This document shows, in pieces, positions 13,271 to 25,300 of a stretch of DNA of 64,000 bases. The position numbers were made by a program, and so were the translations under genes. The notes under the pieces are model-generated. The model saw only the letters and a program-made list of their open reading frames with translations. It searched no databases and was not told where the DNA came from. Position 1 is the first letter of the stretch. Each line of letters opens with the position of its first letter. Origin of the DNA: Camelus dromedarius (Eukaryota). The DNA lies in assembly GCF_036321535.1 (NCBI RefSeq), contig NC_087446.1, positions 1,242,001-1,306,000 of the forward strand, read 5' to 3'.

Positions 13271-14370
13271 GTTCGCCCCAGGTGCCTCCTTCTAATCACG
13301 TTGAACCTCCAAAAAAATGTCAACGCGATCAGACTGCTCCCTAACACGGCACAACCCAAACGTGCTGACCCTGCCCCAGAGGGGGTGAGGTCCGGGGAGG
13401 CGGTCACTCTTCTCCAAGACATCCTGAGACCAACACTGTGATGTGATGTGAACAACACTTGTGAACAAGGCTGTAGAGTCAAGACAGCTGGTGTCACATG
13501 ATGAGGGGAAAGAGGGAAGAAACCGGAGACGTTTGCTGTGCGTAGAGGCACATGCAGCACAAGTGTGCACACGTGTGCAGGTGCGTCACCGTCGAGGAAG
13601 CCCTGGTTCCGTAACCGGCCGTGTGGGCGTGGCTGGTGTTTCTCTCCCTTCGCCGCCCGCTCTGCGGTCTCCTTGTCTCTGCAGGCGCCCCCGTTGGCTG
13701 TGTCCCCTGCCCGCCCGGAGGGGTTGTTTCCGTGGATCTGAATCCCGGGGCCTGGCGAGACCAGGCGAGGCCCTAAGTGGCCCCCCACATCTGGACATGC
13801 TCCCCTCCCTCCGCTGTGAGGCTGCAGCCCGGTTCCCCCAGGCGGCAGCAGGGCTCCTCCAGCCAGCATGGGAGCCCCTTCTCCGCCTGCTGACCCAGGG
13901 CCGCAGGGACCCACAGGGGCTGGTGAGGGTCCCTGTCCAGTGCAATGGGATGACTGTGTTCCTCCTGGTGGAAGCATCCTCCCTCTGGAACTGCGAACGC
14001 TGGGCCAGCTGAGCCTGAGGTCACAGGGCTGGGAAGCAAGCATCTTGCCAGTGGGGTGGCAGTGGTCTCATCCCGGTTTCCACTCCCGGATTCCTGGACG
14101 CCTGAATTCCGGCCGGGGGAGAAATGGCGCCGCGTAACGATGCTGGTGCAGAGGGTAGGCAGCCCTCTGGAGAGCCCCACCCCACCCCGCCCTGCACGGG
14201 AGCAGCTCTGCTCAGGGTGGTGGGCCACGGCGAGACCAGCGGGTTCCATGACCACAGGCCCACTGTCCTTCCTCTGTTGCTCTGAAGTGGGTTCCTTGAT
14301 CAGAGCTGTTGGAACACTGTGTTGGGGAACACGGCCTCTGTGAGTCCGGGAATGGTGCACTTTCCATAAA
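13271..14370 (-). pseudogene. ERVL internal remnant: frameshifted integrase core/C-terminus and dUTPase
   Basis: Minus-strand peptides SDQGTHFRATEEGQWACGHG (integrase core, cf. SDQGTHFTAKEVQQWAHAHG), GAISPPAGIQASRNPGVE, PLARCLLPSPVTSGSAG...VPEGG, MLPPGGT, GLQPHSGG..GGHLGPRLVSPGPGIQIHG (dUTPase region), spread over three frames. Confidence 0.85.
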
Positions 14371-14749
14371 CCTTGCCAGGTTCAGCCTCACTGCTCGTCT
14401 GCACAGAGCCCTGCCCAGCGCCCAGCACCCAGCCTCCACTCAGCCAGGTTCCCGTCGTGGGGGTGCAGCACGTCCCCGGGACCTGCCCCAAACGCAGGGG
14501 GAGGCCAGACCTGAGCACTCGCAGGTGGGGGACCTCCTTCCTGGAGGGGAAGTGGGGCCATGGCCCCACTGAGAAAAGAGGAGTTCATCCTTGGTGGGCA
14601 GACTCCATCCACAGGCATATGGGAGTGCGGCAGACGTGCGGGAAAGAGGGCGTGTCCAGAGCTGAGCCTCGGCTGCGGCTGCCCTTGTGCATTTCGTGTC
14701 CAGAGCCCGGGGCTGCATCCTCAGAGTGCAGAGACAGAAAGTGCAAACC

Positions 14750-15008
14750 CTGTAATTGAGTTTTAATATCCACATCCTTGCAAAACTTCCATGTGGGTAT
14801 TATTTTTAATTGCCAAAAAAATGTACTAACCGGCATGTAATTTTTTCAAATAATTAAAAATGCTTTGTAAATGGTGACATTTCACTGCTGCTCCAAGAAA
14901 CCTGATTATGTAAATATTGAGCCTAATTGCACCGTGATTCACGTTCAATAGACGGCCAGACATTTTTCAAAGGAATGAAAACGTTCTGTAAAATCAGTTC
15001 ATGACGTA
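14750..15008. promoter_or_regulatory. AT-rich TAAT/FOX-motif island (candidate enhancer) abutting an LTR
   Basis: TGTAATTGAG, TTTAATTG, ATAATTAAA, TGATTATGTAAATATTGAGCCTAATTGC. Confidence 0.5.
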
Positions 15009-15012
15009 AGAG

Positions 15013-15571
15013 TGTTGCAGCAAAGTGTGTTGCAGCTCAGTTGTGACAGCAACCTGGATCCGGGCGAGAGACCAAGCAGCACTCGGAGAGCTGGAGAACT
15101 CAGTTTATTACGCCAACGTGCCCAGAGGAGTGAACGCTCCAAGCTCTGGACCCTGTCTGCAGGTTTACACAGGCTTTTATAGGCTGCCAGTCTACACTTT
15201 GCAACATCATAAGCAAATAAGGTATAACAAAAGTTGACTAATTAGGAACAAGCTTTGTAGAAGTGGACCAATCAAGATTGATAGAAATGAACCAATCAGG
15301 AGTGGTAGAAATGGGCCAATCAGGAGTGATAGAAATGGACCAATCAGGAGTGAGTTCCATGCAAATTAAGTATTACAAATTGGCCAATCAGGAGTGGGCT
15401 CAGGGAACCAATAGGATCTTAGGGGTAAGTTCCACTTTCTTAGAAGTAAGCTGTTTCAGAGGCAAAAAGTGAGATAAAGCTGCTGGGCCAGGGAACTGGA
15501 TGGTGCTGGCAGGAGAGTAGTGGCCCTGCCTGGGGGTCCTGCTGGTCTTTTTCATGGGGCTTCCCGCCTCA
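15013..15571 (-). mobile_element. ERV1-type solo LTR, copy 1
   Basis: TG...CA ends; 4-bp TSD AGAG (15009-12, 15572-75); on the minus strand TATAAAA (15175-81) and AATAAA (15104-09); six CCAAT boxes; octamer at 15359-66. Confidence 0.92.
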
Positions 15572-15959
15572 AGAGCTGTGTGCAGCGAACTTGCCGTTAC
15601 AATAGCACCATGTGTGTGGAAGCTGATAAGATCACTCCCCTGCCCTCGCCATCGCCCATCCCAGCTGTGCGCACCCCACGCTCTCCTCCAGCGGTGGGAG
15701 GGTGGGGGCTCAGGCCAGGATGATCGCTGAAGCCCATGGATACCTGCAGTCTGCTGGGAGGAAAGCCCTGGAAATTTCTGCTTATCTGCCTGCGGAGGCG
15801 GCAGGAGTAACTGTACAGTAGGTGGGGCCCTGGGCGAAGGGGCAACGTGGAGCCCTTGTTCAAAAATGCACTGGCTTGTGTCACCATCACCAGCTGTGAG
15901 ACTCTGCCCCCTGAGGGCGCAGGTGGCCAGGTGAATTTTGTTGCACAAAATGCCTGTGA

Positions 15960-16135
15960 AGTGCATACATGTGTGTGCACATCTGTCTGTGTGTGCCCTG
16001 GGTGAGCGTCTTGTGTGCACATGAGTGTGTGGTATGCCTGCACAAGTGCGCTGTGTGTCTGTGTGTGGGTTTGTGTGCACGTGTGTGCATGCATGCACAT
16101 CTGCATGTGTGAGTCAAGTGTGTGCACATGCGTTG
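15960..16135. repeat. (TG)n/TGCA-rich low-complexity tract
   Basis: Alternating purine-pyrimidine GTGTGTGCACATG runs. Confidence 0.8.
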
Positions 16136-16694
16136 GGGGTGCCAGGTCATCCCCACTCCGAGGTTGCCTCTCACTGATGATGTTCCCTGCTGGACCCCAT
16201 CCCAGTGCCCTGAGGGGCCCCGCCTGGACCTCTACCCCACCCAGACCCGGCCAGCTTCCCGGGGAGCCCCCCCAGCCCCCAGCCCCCAGCCGACTCCTGG
16301 ACCCACTTCATCACTGCCTCTTCAGCCCCGAATCCCATCCCTTCACTCTTCTCACTGCTTCCTTCCACAAGAAAGTCAGCCCCTTTTTGAAAAACATATT
16401 TTTGTAGATATTTCTCATCTCTCTGCTTCCCGTGATTCTCTCCAGGATTACCTTTGCTCTCCGAGATCAGCATCTCACAGGGAAGGGGTGACAGATTTGG
16501 AACCACCTCTGCCGGTGGGGAGGGGACACGACGCCTGGATGAGGCGGACAGGCTCCGGGCATCCCCGCCGGCCACACACAGCGCAGCCTCCTGCTGAATC
16601 CCCCAGCTGCGCCCCGACGGGGGTTTGGAAAGGTCACGGGTGAGATGGGAGGATCCTGTCTTTGTCACTGACCCAGCTTGGGGACCCAACGTGC

Positions 16695-16770
16695 CACTTA
16701 CCTGGCGGAACCTCAGTTTCCCCGTCCAAGTGAGGTGCTGGTGCTCACGGCCACCTCATATAAGACTGCC
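16695..16770. mobile_element. MIR core fragment
   Basis: GAACCTCAGTTTCCCCGTCCAAGTGAGG...CCACCTCATA resembles the MIR core. Confidence 0.45.
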
Positions 16771-16924
16771 CTCCTTCCCGAGGCCGCCGGGGGTCTGCCT
16801 CCCTCTGGGACCCCGCGCAGCAGCCCCGGCTGTGAAGGGGGTGGGCGAGGGTGGCTCTGGCCCTCCAGACCTTCAATGACTCCAAAACTTCACCAGAAGC
16901 TTCCTCCTTCTCCACTAACCCCTT

Positions 16925-17235
16925 TTAAAACAATTACCGTCACGTGAGCAGAAGTGAAATATGATGTCTAATTTATTAAGCTTCCACCCCGACTTAGACA
17001 TCAAATGTTTTATTAATATTTTCTATCATCCTTGCAAGTTAAACCAGCCATGAAAATTACCTTCAACAGGAAAAAAAAATGTTGAAAATGTATTCATTTA
17101 TAGGGGTCGCCATGAAGCCTTCTTGGGTAATCGAATCAGAGACGGCTGCGGTGGGCTGCAGCGGTCTTTCTCCGATACAAATACTGAAATATTTAATTAA
17201 TGCCAATCAGGCCTGGAAGGGCGATTTGTACAAGT
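16925..17235. promoter_or_regulatory. AT-rich TAAT-dense island (candidate enhancer)
   Basis: CTAATTTATTAAG, ACATCAAA, TTTATTAATATT, ATTTAATTAATGCCAATCAGG. Confidence 0.5.
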
Positions 17236-17936
17236 GGCAGACAGGAGCCCAGGGCCCAAGACTCAGGCCAAGCCCTCAGGGCCTCCCGACCCCGCAGAGA
17301 AGCCCAACTGATGCCCCGCCGCCCCTCGCGCGCCGGGGGCGGTGGACTGCGCGTGCGCCCTCTGTGCCGGGGACCCCACCCAGGAGTAGGCCCGCCCCTC
17401 CCCTCCCCTCCCCTCCCTCCCTCCTCCTCCCGTTCAGTTCTTGTTGACCGGGATCTTTCTGGGCACCCAGTACCGTGGGCTACGGGAAACGGAATATGGA
17501 GTGTTCGGCTATTTTTAGGAAAAATAGAAATGTTCTCTCGGGGAGTGGATTGAGCTCATCCTGAGAGAGGACCTGACGCGTGTCCCACCGGGCGCCCCAC
17601 GCCTCTGGCAGGTGGGCATGCCGGGCGGCGGGTTCTGCAGAAGCTCCCAGCGCCCCACCCCGAGCTCGGGCTGTGCTCCAGGCTGGCTGCCCAGCGCGGA
17701 GGCAGGGGCCGTGCGGTCAGGAGGTCAGGGCTGTGAGCCCGCGAGCTGTACAGCCCCGGCCGCGGCCTTGAGGGCGGCCCCACACAGGTGCTCTGCGAGC
17801 TGAGACTGTCCTGGTGGGCGCCAAGGACCACGGTGACGCCTGGCCCGAGCGTCGGCGGGGCGGGCCCCTCCATGCCTCTGCCCTCCGGCCGGGAAGCAAG
17901 GCCTTGCAGCTCCGTCGGGTCTGGAAAGCTCCGAGG

Positions 17937-17955
17937 AGGCCACCAGATGGCGCCC
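17937..17955 (+). promoter_or_regulatory. CTCF core motif
   Basis: AGGCCACCAGATGGCGCCC fully matches CCASYAGRKGGCRS. Confidence 0.55.
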
Positions 17956-18952
17956 CTGAAGCCCCGCGTTGGGCTGGAAGTGCGTGTCGTCGGGGCATAC
18001 CTGTTCTCCTAAGCTGCACCCCGGGGGTAAGGCGCACCCCGGGGGCCATCGGGGGCCGGGGCTGGACCTGTGGCATTTTCACGGTGGGCCTGGCGGGCAA
18101 GGGTCTGGGTGTGACTGGGGGTAACCGCCACACTCTGGGGTCTCAGGGACAAGAGAGTCTTTCCCGACCATCTCCAGACACCGGGCGCGTCCCCTGGGGG
18201 AGGGGAGTGGGGGGGAGACAACGGCATTTAGGCCGCAGTTAGGGGAACAACTGTCCTCCTCCCAGTGACCAGGGAACGTTCCTTCTCGCTGATGTCCTGC
18301 TGTGTGTCATGTGGACTTGTTTTCTCTCTGCTGAAAAGCCGTCAAAATGCACTTTCCACACCTTCTGTGACTTCACGACTGGAGGAGGCATTCTGCTCCG
18401 AAGCTGTTCGCCCACCGGAGAGGGAGCTGCGGGCTCGCGCAGACCCTGAACTGTCTCTCCCTTCGACCGACGCGCGGAGACGGAGCCTGGGGAGACAGAG
18501 AGGCACCCTCGTCTTCCCGTGAAGCCCCCGAGTCTAGCTCACGGGGAGCGCGGTCTCCCTGGGGGCTGCAGGGGAGGAGGGGCACGGCAGAGGAGGATGG
18601 ACGGGCTGAGGGGCAGGACACAAGGTGGTCAGATTCCAGGTGCCAGACGCAACCCCCACCCCCCAGGCAGGGGGGCCCCCATTTACAGGCCAGGAGGCGG
18701 GGCTCAGGTCGGCAGGCTCTCTCCTGAGTCTCACCACCGGCTGTTTCAGCTGTGCATCTGACTCCAACCAGGGGCTCGGGCCCCAGGGGCCAACGGGGTG
18801 GATTCTGCCCCTCGGCGACGTCTTCCCCGGACAGCTCGCTCGGGAGGGCGCGTGCCAGGCTGACCGCCCTCCCCCTGCCCCTCCTCTCTGCTCTCCCCCA
18901 CCCCCGCCTTGGTGGCCGGCACACCACCACATCCCAGGGGAGGTCACCCTTC

Positions 18953-19382
18953 CCACGTGAGCTTCCTGTGACTGCAGCAGCAGACGACCACAGATCCAGG
19001 GTTCTGAAACAACAGAACGTGCTCCCCTCACGGTCTGGAGGCCAGAAGTCCGCAGCTGAGGTGCTGGGGGACCGGCTCCCCCCTGGGCTCTGGGAGGTCC
19101 TTCTGGGCCTCTCTCCCGGCTCCTGGTGTCACTGGAGACACCAGGAGTCCTTGCCTGTGGACACATCGGCCCGATCTCTGCCGCCATCCACACGTGGCTT
19201 CTCTGCTGTGTCTTTTCCTACAAGGACGCTTGCCGTTAGATTTAGGCCCCACCAGGTAACCCAGGGGAGGCTCACCTCCAGGTTCCTCCCTCTGCTCCAT
19301 CTGCAAAGACCCTCTTCCCAAAGAAGGTCACGTTCACAGGTTTGGGTGGACACGGGTTTAGGGGACTACCCCCAGCCCGCCC
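18953..19382 (-). mobile_element. MLT1B/C-type MaLR solo LTR
   Basis: GAAACAACAGAACGTGCTCCCCTCACGGTCTGGAGGCCAGAAGTCC...CATCTGCAAAGACCCTCTTCCCAAAGAAGGTCACGTTCACAGG. Confidence 0.85.
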
Positions 19383-22300
19383 CGCTGCCCTTCCCCCGCA
19401 CCTGGGCCACTTCCGCCTCTGCCCTGCCCCTGCCCTGGCCCCGTCCCGCCCCTGGCACGTGGACTTTTCCTCTGCAAGCCCCACCACCCCTGACGCAGCC
19501 TGGCCGAGGCCGATGGGACCCCCATCAGGCAGTGTGCGGAAGGCAGGGAGGCAGCTGGGAGCGAGCTGAACACAGGCCTCTTCCCGATTGTCCAGGCTCT
19601 CCTGGCCACAGGGGGACGTGGGGGTGGGGCAGGTCCCAGCTCTGCCTGGCCTGCACACGTCGGGCCCCAGGGGAAGGCAGCGGCGGACAGTTCCTCACGC
19701 CCTGCCTGAGGTGGGGGTGTAGCCTCTGGAGCAGAGATGGAGGAAGGAAAGGGGGCTTCTATGGGGAGGGGCGCTGTGCTGGGGCCACTGCCCTCCAAGG
19801 GTCACCTTCAAATCCCACTGGACACGGGACAGTCAGGTGCATGGCAGGAGCCTCACTGGCCTGTGTCCTCTCCTCCTTCCCGCCACGGAGGCCCCAGTGT
19901 CGGCCAAGGGAGGGGCAGGAGACAGGATAAGCCAGCCCCCTCCCCAGGGTATGAGGACAAAGTCATGGGAGAGCGGACACTCTGCACAGGGCTGAGACCA
20001 TATCTTATGACTTCTAGCGACCCTGGGACTTAGCGGGTGGGGGCATCAGACAGAGGGGGCTGATGTCTTTTCCTTGGAGGACACTTGGGTTGAGAGGAGG
20101 GAGTGGGCACCAGTAGGCGGGCTCGTGTGAGATGGAGTCTCGCACCATCGTGGGACCTGGGAGTCCAGCCGGCTGCCCCTGGGCTCTGGCTGCATGTTAG
20201 GCACGGGGCCCTCCCCAGGCACCGCTCCTGCACCGCAGATCTGCCCGCTTCCTTCAAGCCAGGGCCTGCCGCCCCTGCACCCCCCCAAGTCCTTCTGTGT
20301 GCCTTTCCCCTGAGGTCTGGTCCCGCTCACCCTCGTCTCCCACGAGTCTTAGCCGTACCTCCCCCACCTGTGATTTGCTCAGAGGGTAGAGCCAGGGGCT
20401 TCTCAACCGTCTTTATCTCCATCAGCTCCTCCCACGCGCTGGCCTCTGTGGTCACAGCTCCATCCTCTCTGCTACCCACGAGGTTGTGCCCACTCCCGAT
20501 GTTCAGATGAGGACGCTGGGGTTCGGAGGATGCAGGCGGCCTCCCGCGGTCTCGTAGTCACAGCTGAGGGAGCACGATTCTGTGCGTGGTTCTGCAGGCG
20601 TCTGGCGGAGGCTGACAGAAGGCTCCAGCTTCCTCCACATCTGAGGGGAGAAGGCAGGACCACACCTGGAGGAGGTTCACCGAGTGACCAGCTGGGATGA
20701 TGCTGGCTCGGCCCTGAACAGGAACCCACCCACCCCTGGGGCCCTCCAGACTCCTTGGGACTTTGTGCACAGGACCGGGGTGGGCTGGGGGCGCCTCGTG
20801 TCTGAGCAGCCCCCCTGACAAGCCGGCCGGCGCCCCAAGGAGACTGCAGGGAGACCCGGGCGTGGGCGCCGTCATCTGAGCGGACCTTGAGCTGGGGTGG
20901 TGCCCACCCTGTTCTGGGCTTTGGAGGGGCTGGCGACCTTGGCTGGGATGACGGTGCTGGTCCAGGGAGCACGCTGAGGGGCAGCGCAGTGGCTGGAGAC
21001 GGCCTGTCGGGGTGTCTCGGGGGACAGCCTGCTGGGCCCGTCTTGGGGGCCGGAGCAGGGGCCCTCCTTCCCCAGGCAGATGAGCCCGGCCCTCCGCTCT
21101 TGGGGTGGCGCAGGGATGAGGCGTGGCTTCAGTGGCACAAATGCCGCCGGGTGGAGAGACCTGGGGGTGGATTAGCCACGTCCGCCCCGGCCAGGGCTCC
21201 CGCATCTGCCTTCCTGGCTCTGACGGCGTATTTCACCCCTTGGCCTCCATCGCCTTCCTCCCTCCCTGTCCTCCCACGAGTTCTGCCTCCAGTGAGATGA
21301 TCGACGTCACACAGTGTGAAGATGCGCCTTCGTCCGTGGACGCGGTGATTTCAGGGAAGAGCACAGGATCAGCGCTGAACCCAGAGCACGTCCCGGCGTG
21401 TCCCGGAACTAGGCGACAGTGCCAGGAGTGCCCGGCACCTGCCGGCAGGCGCGTCTCCACGCGGCCCCGCCTCCCGTCGCAAAGCGGGCGAGTGAGCCGG
21501 GGCTGGGTCTCGCTCTCCGCCCCGGGGCGCCCCCTTCCGTCTGAGCCCAGAATGCTCTGCGGCGGCTCCTGATGCTTACACAAGGTGCAGATTTGCTTTC
21601 GGGGATGGAGGCCGTGGGCAGCCGTCCTCTCCCTGACAACCCTCTCCAGACTGGAGCCCGCGGCTGCCATCCATCACGCCTGGCCCCGGGCCCACGCCGG
21701 TGACTGCCGTCCACTCCCGGGGACCAGGGGGCCGGAGCCCCGGCGAGCGCGGTGATGGATTAAGAGGCACGGGCGGAATTTCGCTCTGTAATGGTGATGA
21801 ATGCGGTCTGGACCTCTCTGGCAGTAATGGTTGTTTATCCATTTTTAGACCCAGGAGCAGCAATCAAGTTCCCTCAGCTGGCTATTAATTACCACACAGG
21901 CCCTGCGGGGGGTGTGGGGATGCGAGCTTTCTTCCCAGGGGCCCCATCTGTCACGGGGACGCAGTGGGCAGCTCCGCCTGCCCTGTGTCTCCTGTGAAGG
22001 GGATGCCTCCAGTGAGAGTTTCCCGGTGTCAGCTGGGCTGACGTGTGGCTCTGAGCTCGTCCACACGGTCGCCTCCGGAGGAGGCCAGCTGTGTCATCCT
22101 GAGCAGGAAGCTCCCCGCGTCGCCTGGCCTCACCTGCCTGCAATGTGAGGTGTGACCATGAAGGAGCCTTAAACCCAGAGCATCAGACCTGGGAGGTGTG
22201 GTGGGGCTGTGATGCGCTGGCTCGGAACATGGGGCGTGGGACGTGAGGTCCAATGTGGGACCCCCTCTCCCCAGGCCTGAGCCTCTGGACCACTGTCTGG

Positions 22301-25300
22301 GCTCCGAGCTGGAGTTCTGCTCAGGGTCACATTTACCAAAAGCCTGTTTCCAGCTCGCACAGCATCGAGAGAGACAGGAGTAACTTAGGGAGAGAGTGGC
22401 TGTCCCAAACGCTCTTGTTTGTCAGTCTCATGAAGACCTTCCGTTCACAGGTGGGGAAGCTAAGTCCCGGGCGCCAGTGGCCCCCAGGTTCACGTTTGAG
22501 GTTGACTTTGGCTGTCGGGCAGCTGGGTGGGGTCCCTGGATCCCTCCCTCCCTCACTGCCACCTGACGGGGAGTTGGTGCAGCCACCGTCTCACCCCGTG
22601 TGCCTCAGGGCAGCCTGGAGTCCCAGCAGCAGAGATGTGGGCCCGTGTGTGTCCCCAGCTCCTGGTAGAGCCGGGACGTTGTAGGGCTTCCATGCAACAA
22701 GGCGACAGTCTGAGGTCACGCAGCGTCTGCTGGGCGGGACTCCCGGGTCGCACGTGGGGGCCAGATCTCAGAAATAAACAGGCGGTGACGATAGTGTGTG
22801 GGGCCGCTGGGCCCAGCCAAGGTGCGCTGCGCTCCTCGTACAGGCTTCCTTTGGGGCCCGTGTCCCGGGCAGCGCAGGACGGGCCCGAGAAGCCCTCGGC
22901 TGAGCTGCCCTAAACCGTCCTGGGTCTGCGGAAGATGTGTTTCCTTCTCAGAACATGATCCTCAAGGGGGACTCAGGAGCGTCTCCTTATCTGGAAGCTG
23001 TGTTCCCGGGGAACGTGGTGTGTGGAGATCTGGGTTTACAAAGCAGATGCATTTAGGGGACGTGATTCATCTTGCACAGGAGTCGGAAAATCTATACTCG
23101 CAGGGAGGACACACACAGGCTTCCTGCCAGCGGCAGCTGCCCCGTGCATGCAAATATTTATTTACAATTCATATACTCCTTGAAGAAGAGGCCGGGGGCG
23201 GCAGACAGGAAACCTGAGGGTGCGGGAGCTCTATCAGGAAAGAGCCGGTCCATCAGCAGCAGACCAGAAACTGCTCGGCAGAAAGATCCTCTGCCACTCG
23301 TGTGGCACAGAAAGACAGCCGACCTGGCGGGACCGGGCTGGGCTCGGCAGGCGGGCGCGCGCTGTGGGAGCCGGGCCGGCGTGCGTCAGAGAGGACCTGA
23401 GCCCCGGGTCCCCCGAGGCCCCGAGGGAGGAGTTAGACTGCGGGCGCCTGGCCTGGGACTTCTCACCCACGAGCCTGGGACCTTGGTTTCCAGGGATGGC
23501 TGCTCTCAGCTGCCGCCCGTAGGAGTTGTGCGCACACTCGTGGGGAACAGCGCCCGGGGGAACCGAGGCCAGGGGGCACCTGAGCCACCGCAGCTCCTCT
23601 GAGCTGCCTTGGGGGGTGGGTGCCGATGGAGGCTTGAGGCCCCGGGAGAATCAGAAAGGCTGCCATCCACCCCTCCGGCTCTGAAACGTCCCCAGGTGAT
23701 GAGGGGCCTCCAAGATGGCCAGGCTGGCGTGTTCACTCCTTCATTGGTTCACCCGGATTGACAAACACCGTGGTGACAGCGAGGGCGGGCACATGTCGGC
23801 TGGGACAGAGCAGAGGACACGGGCTCACGTCCTGGCTCGGGGGGCAGCGAGCGAGCCCCACTGCTGCTCAGAGGTGCTGACGAGCAAACGATGTGGAGAA
23901 CCAGGCGCTCCGATGGCAGCCGACGTGGACGCTGCTCAGTGACACCAGCCACTCCCTGCGGGGCCCGAGCTCAGGCGGGAAGCGCCTCCTCTGCGCGGAG
24001 GCAGGACGGCACTGGCTCCCGGGCCTGCTGACCCACGCCCAGCAGGGCCGAGTCACAGGGCACGGAGAGCTTGCAGAGGCCGGGCGCAAGACCGAGGCCG
24101 TAGGGCCTGCCCTGGGGACTCACCTGGGTGCCTGCAAGTAGGGTGACACATCTGGCCTGACACCTTTAATGGTCTCCGAGGCTGCAGCCGTGAGGACAGA
24201 CCACAGCGGAGGGGGAGGGGCAAGCTGGGGGAGGCACCAGTCTCCACGGAGACACAGGGGGACCCCGTGGGTGGAGCTGGAAGAACACGGGGGCTGGGAG
24301 ATGTGTTTTCTGATGTGATGGGCTCCGGAGCCAGGAGGAGGAGGGGCTGATCCTGTGAAGGGGCCAACTGGGACACGGGGTCGGCGGGGGCCACTCCTGC
24401 TGGCCACGCACATTCGCGTCTAGATCGGAGAAGAGTCTGGAGCGGGGGAGGAAGGAGTGTCCAGATTACAGATGTTGAAGCCGTGAATATAATTCAAAGA
24501 GAACTGAGGGGAGAAGAGCCCAGCCCTTCAGGGCCCCACCCTTGATGTCACATCCCCCAAGGGCCCTGGAACCGCCTGTGGATTCAGAAAACCCAGCCAG
24601 CGCCGCTCCTGGGGACGCCTCCATGCCCAGAGCCGCCCTTTGCTTCCAGAGGAACAGCCCCATGCAGCCCTGCAGGGAGGCCACGGTTGCCCCGGGCGGG
24701 GAGGGCGGGCTGGGCGGGCCGCGGCCAGGCCCCGCGCTGAGCAAGGGCGCCCTGCGGGGCGGCGGGAGGGCCCGCGGACCCAGAGTCCCTGCGACTTGCG
24801 GACAAGCCAGGGTGTGCCCGGCGGGGCTGGGTTAGAGCCCGCATTCCTCCGTTGCCCTGGCGTCACACAGACAGCACTTTTCAGGGAACCGTATCTGTTC
24901 TTATTCGATACATATTTCATTTTTATCAAAAGAATGTATCTGTAGTTATTTTAGAATTTCAAACGGGCCGATCCACCCCAGACCCGCTCCTCAAAGTGAA
25001 CCCTAATTCCGTTCCAGACTCTCGGTCCTCCTCGGGGCCCCTGCCGTCCGTCTAGGTGGCGGGTTTGTGCTGCTGACTTCACTTACAGCTTCCCACGCTG
25101 AGCGCTGGCTTCCTGCCGTCAGATAATGCAGCTCAGTTAGGCCTCCCTCTCGGTGACGCTGGTCAAGCTGCTGTTCCCAGCGCCTGTAGCTGCCACCTTT
25201 GTGAGCTGTGCACCTTTGGTTTCTGTTTCCTCGACTCTGGGTGACTCTCTGAGTGGCCCTCTGTGGCTGCTGGGCGAGCCCCGCGACCCTCCCTCCAGCC

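Noticed and set aside
15260..15415. 24-bp periodic repeats as a CRISPR-like array
   Set aside because: Head-to-tail units without unique spacers, inside a retroviral LTR in mammalian DNA; no cas genes
18752..19930. 392-aa ORF
   Set aside because: Runs through an MLT1 LTR; no protein family resemblance
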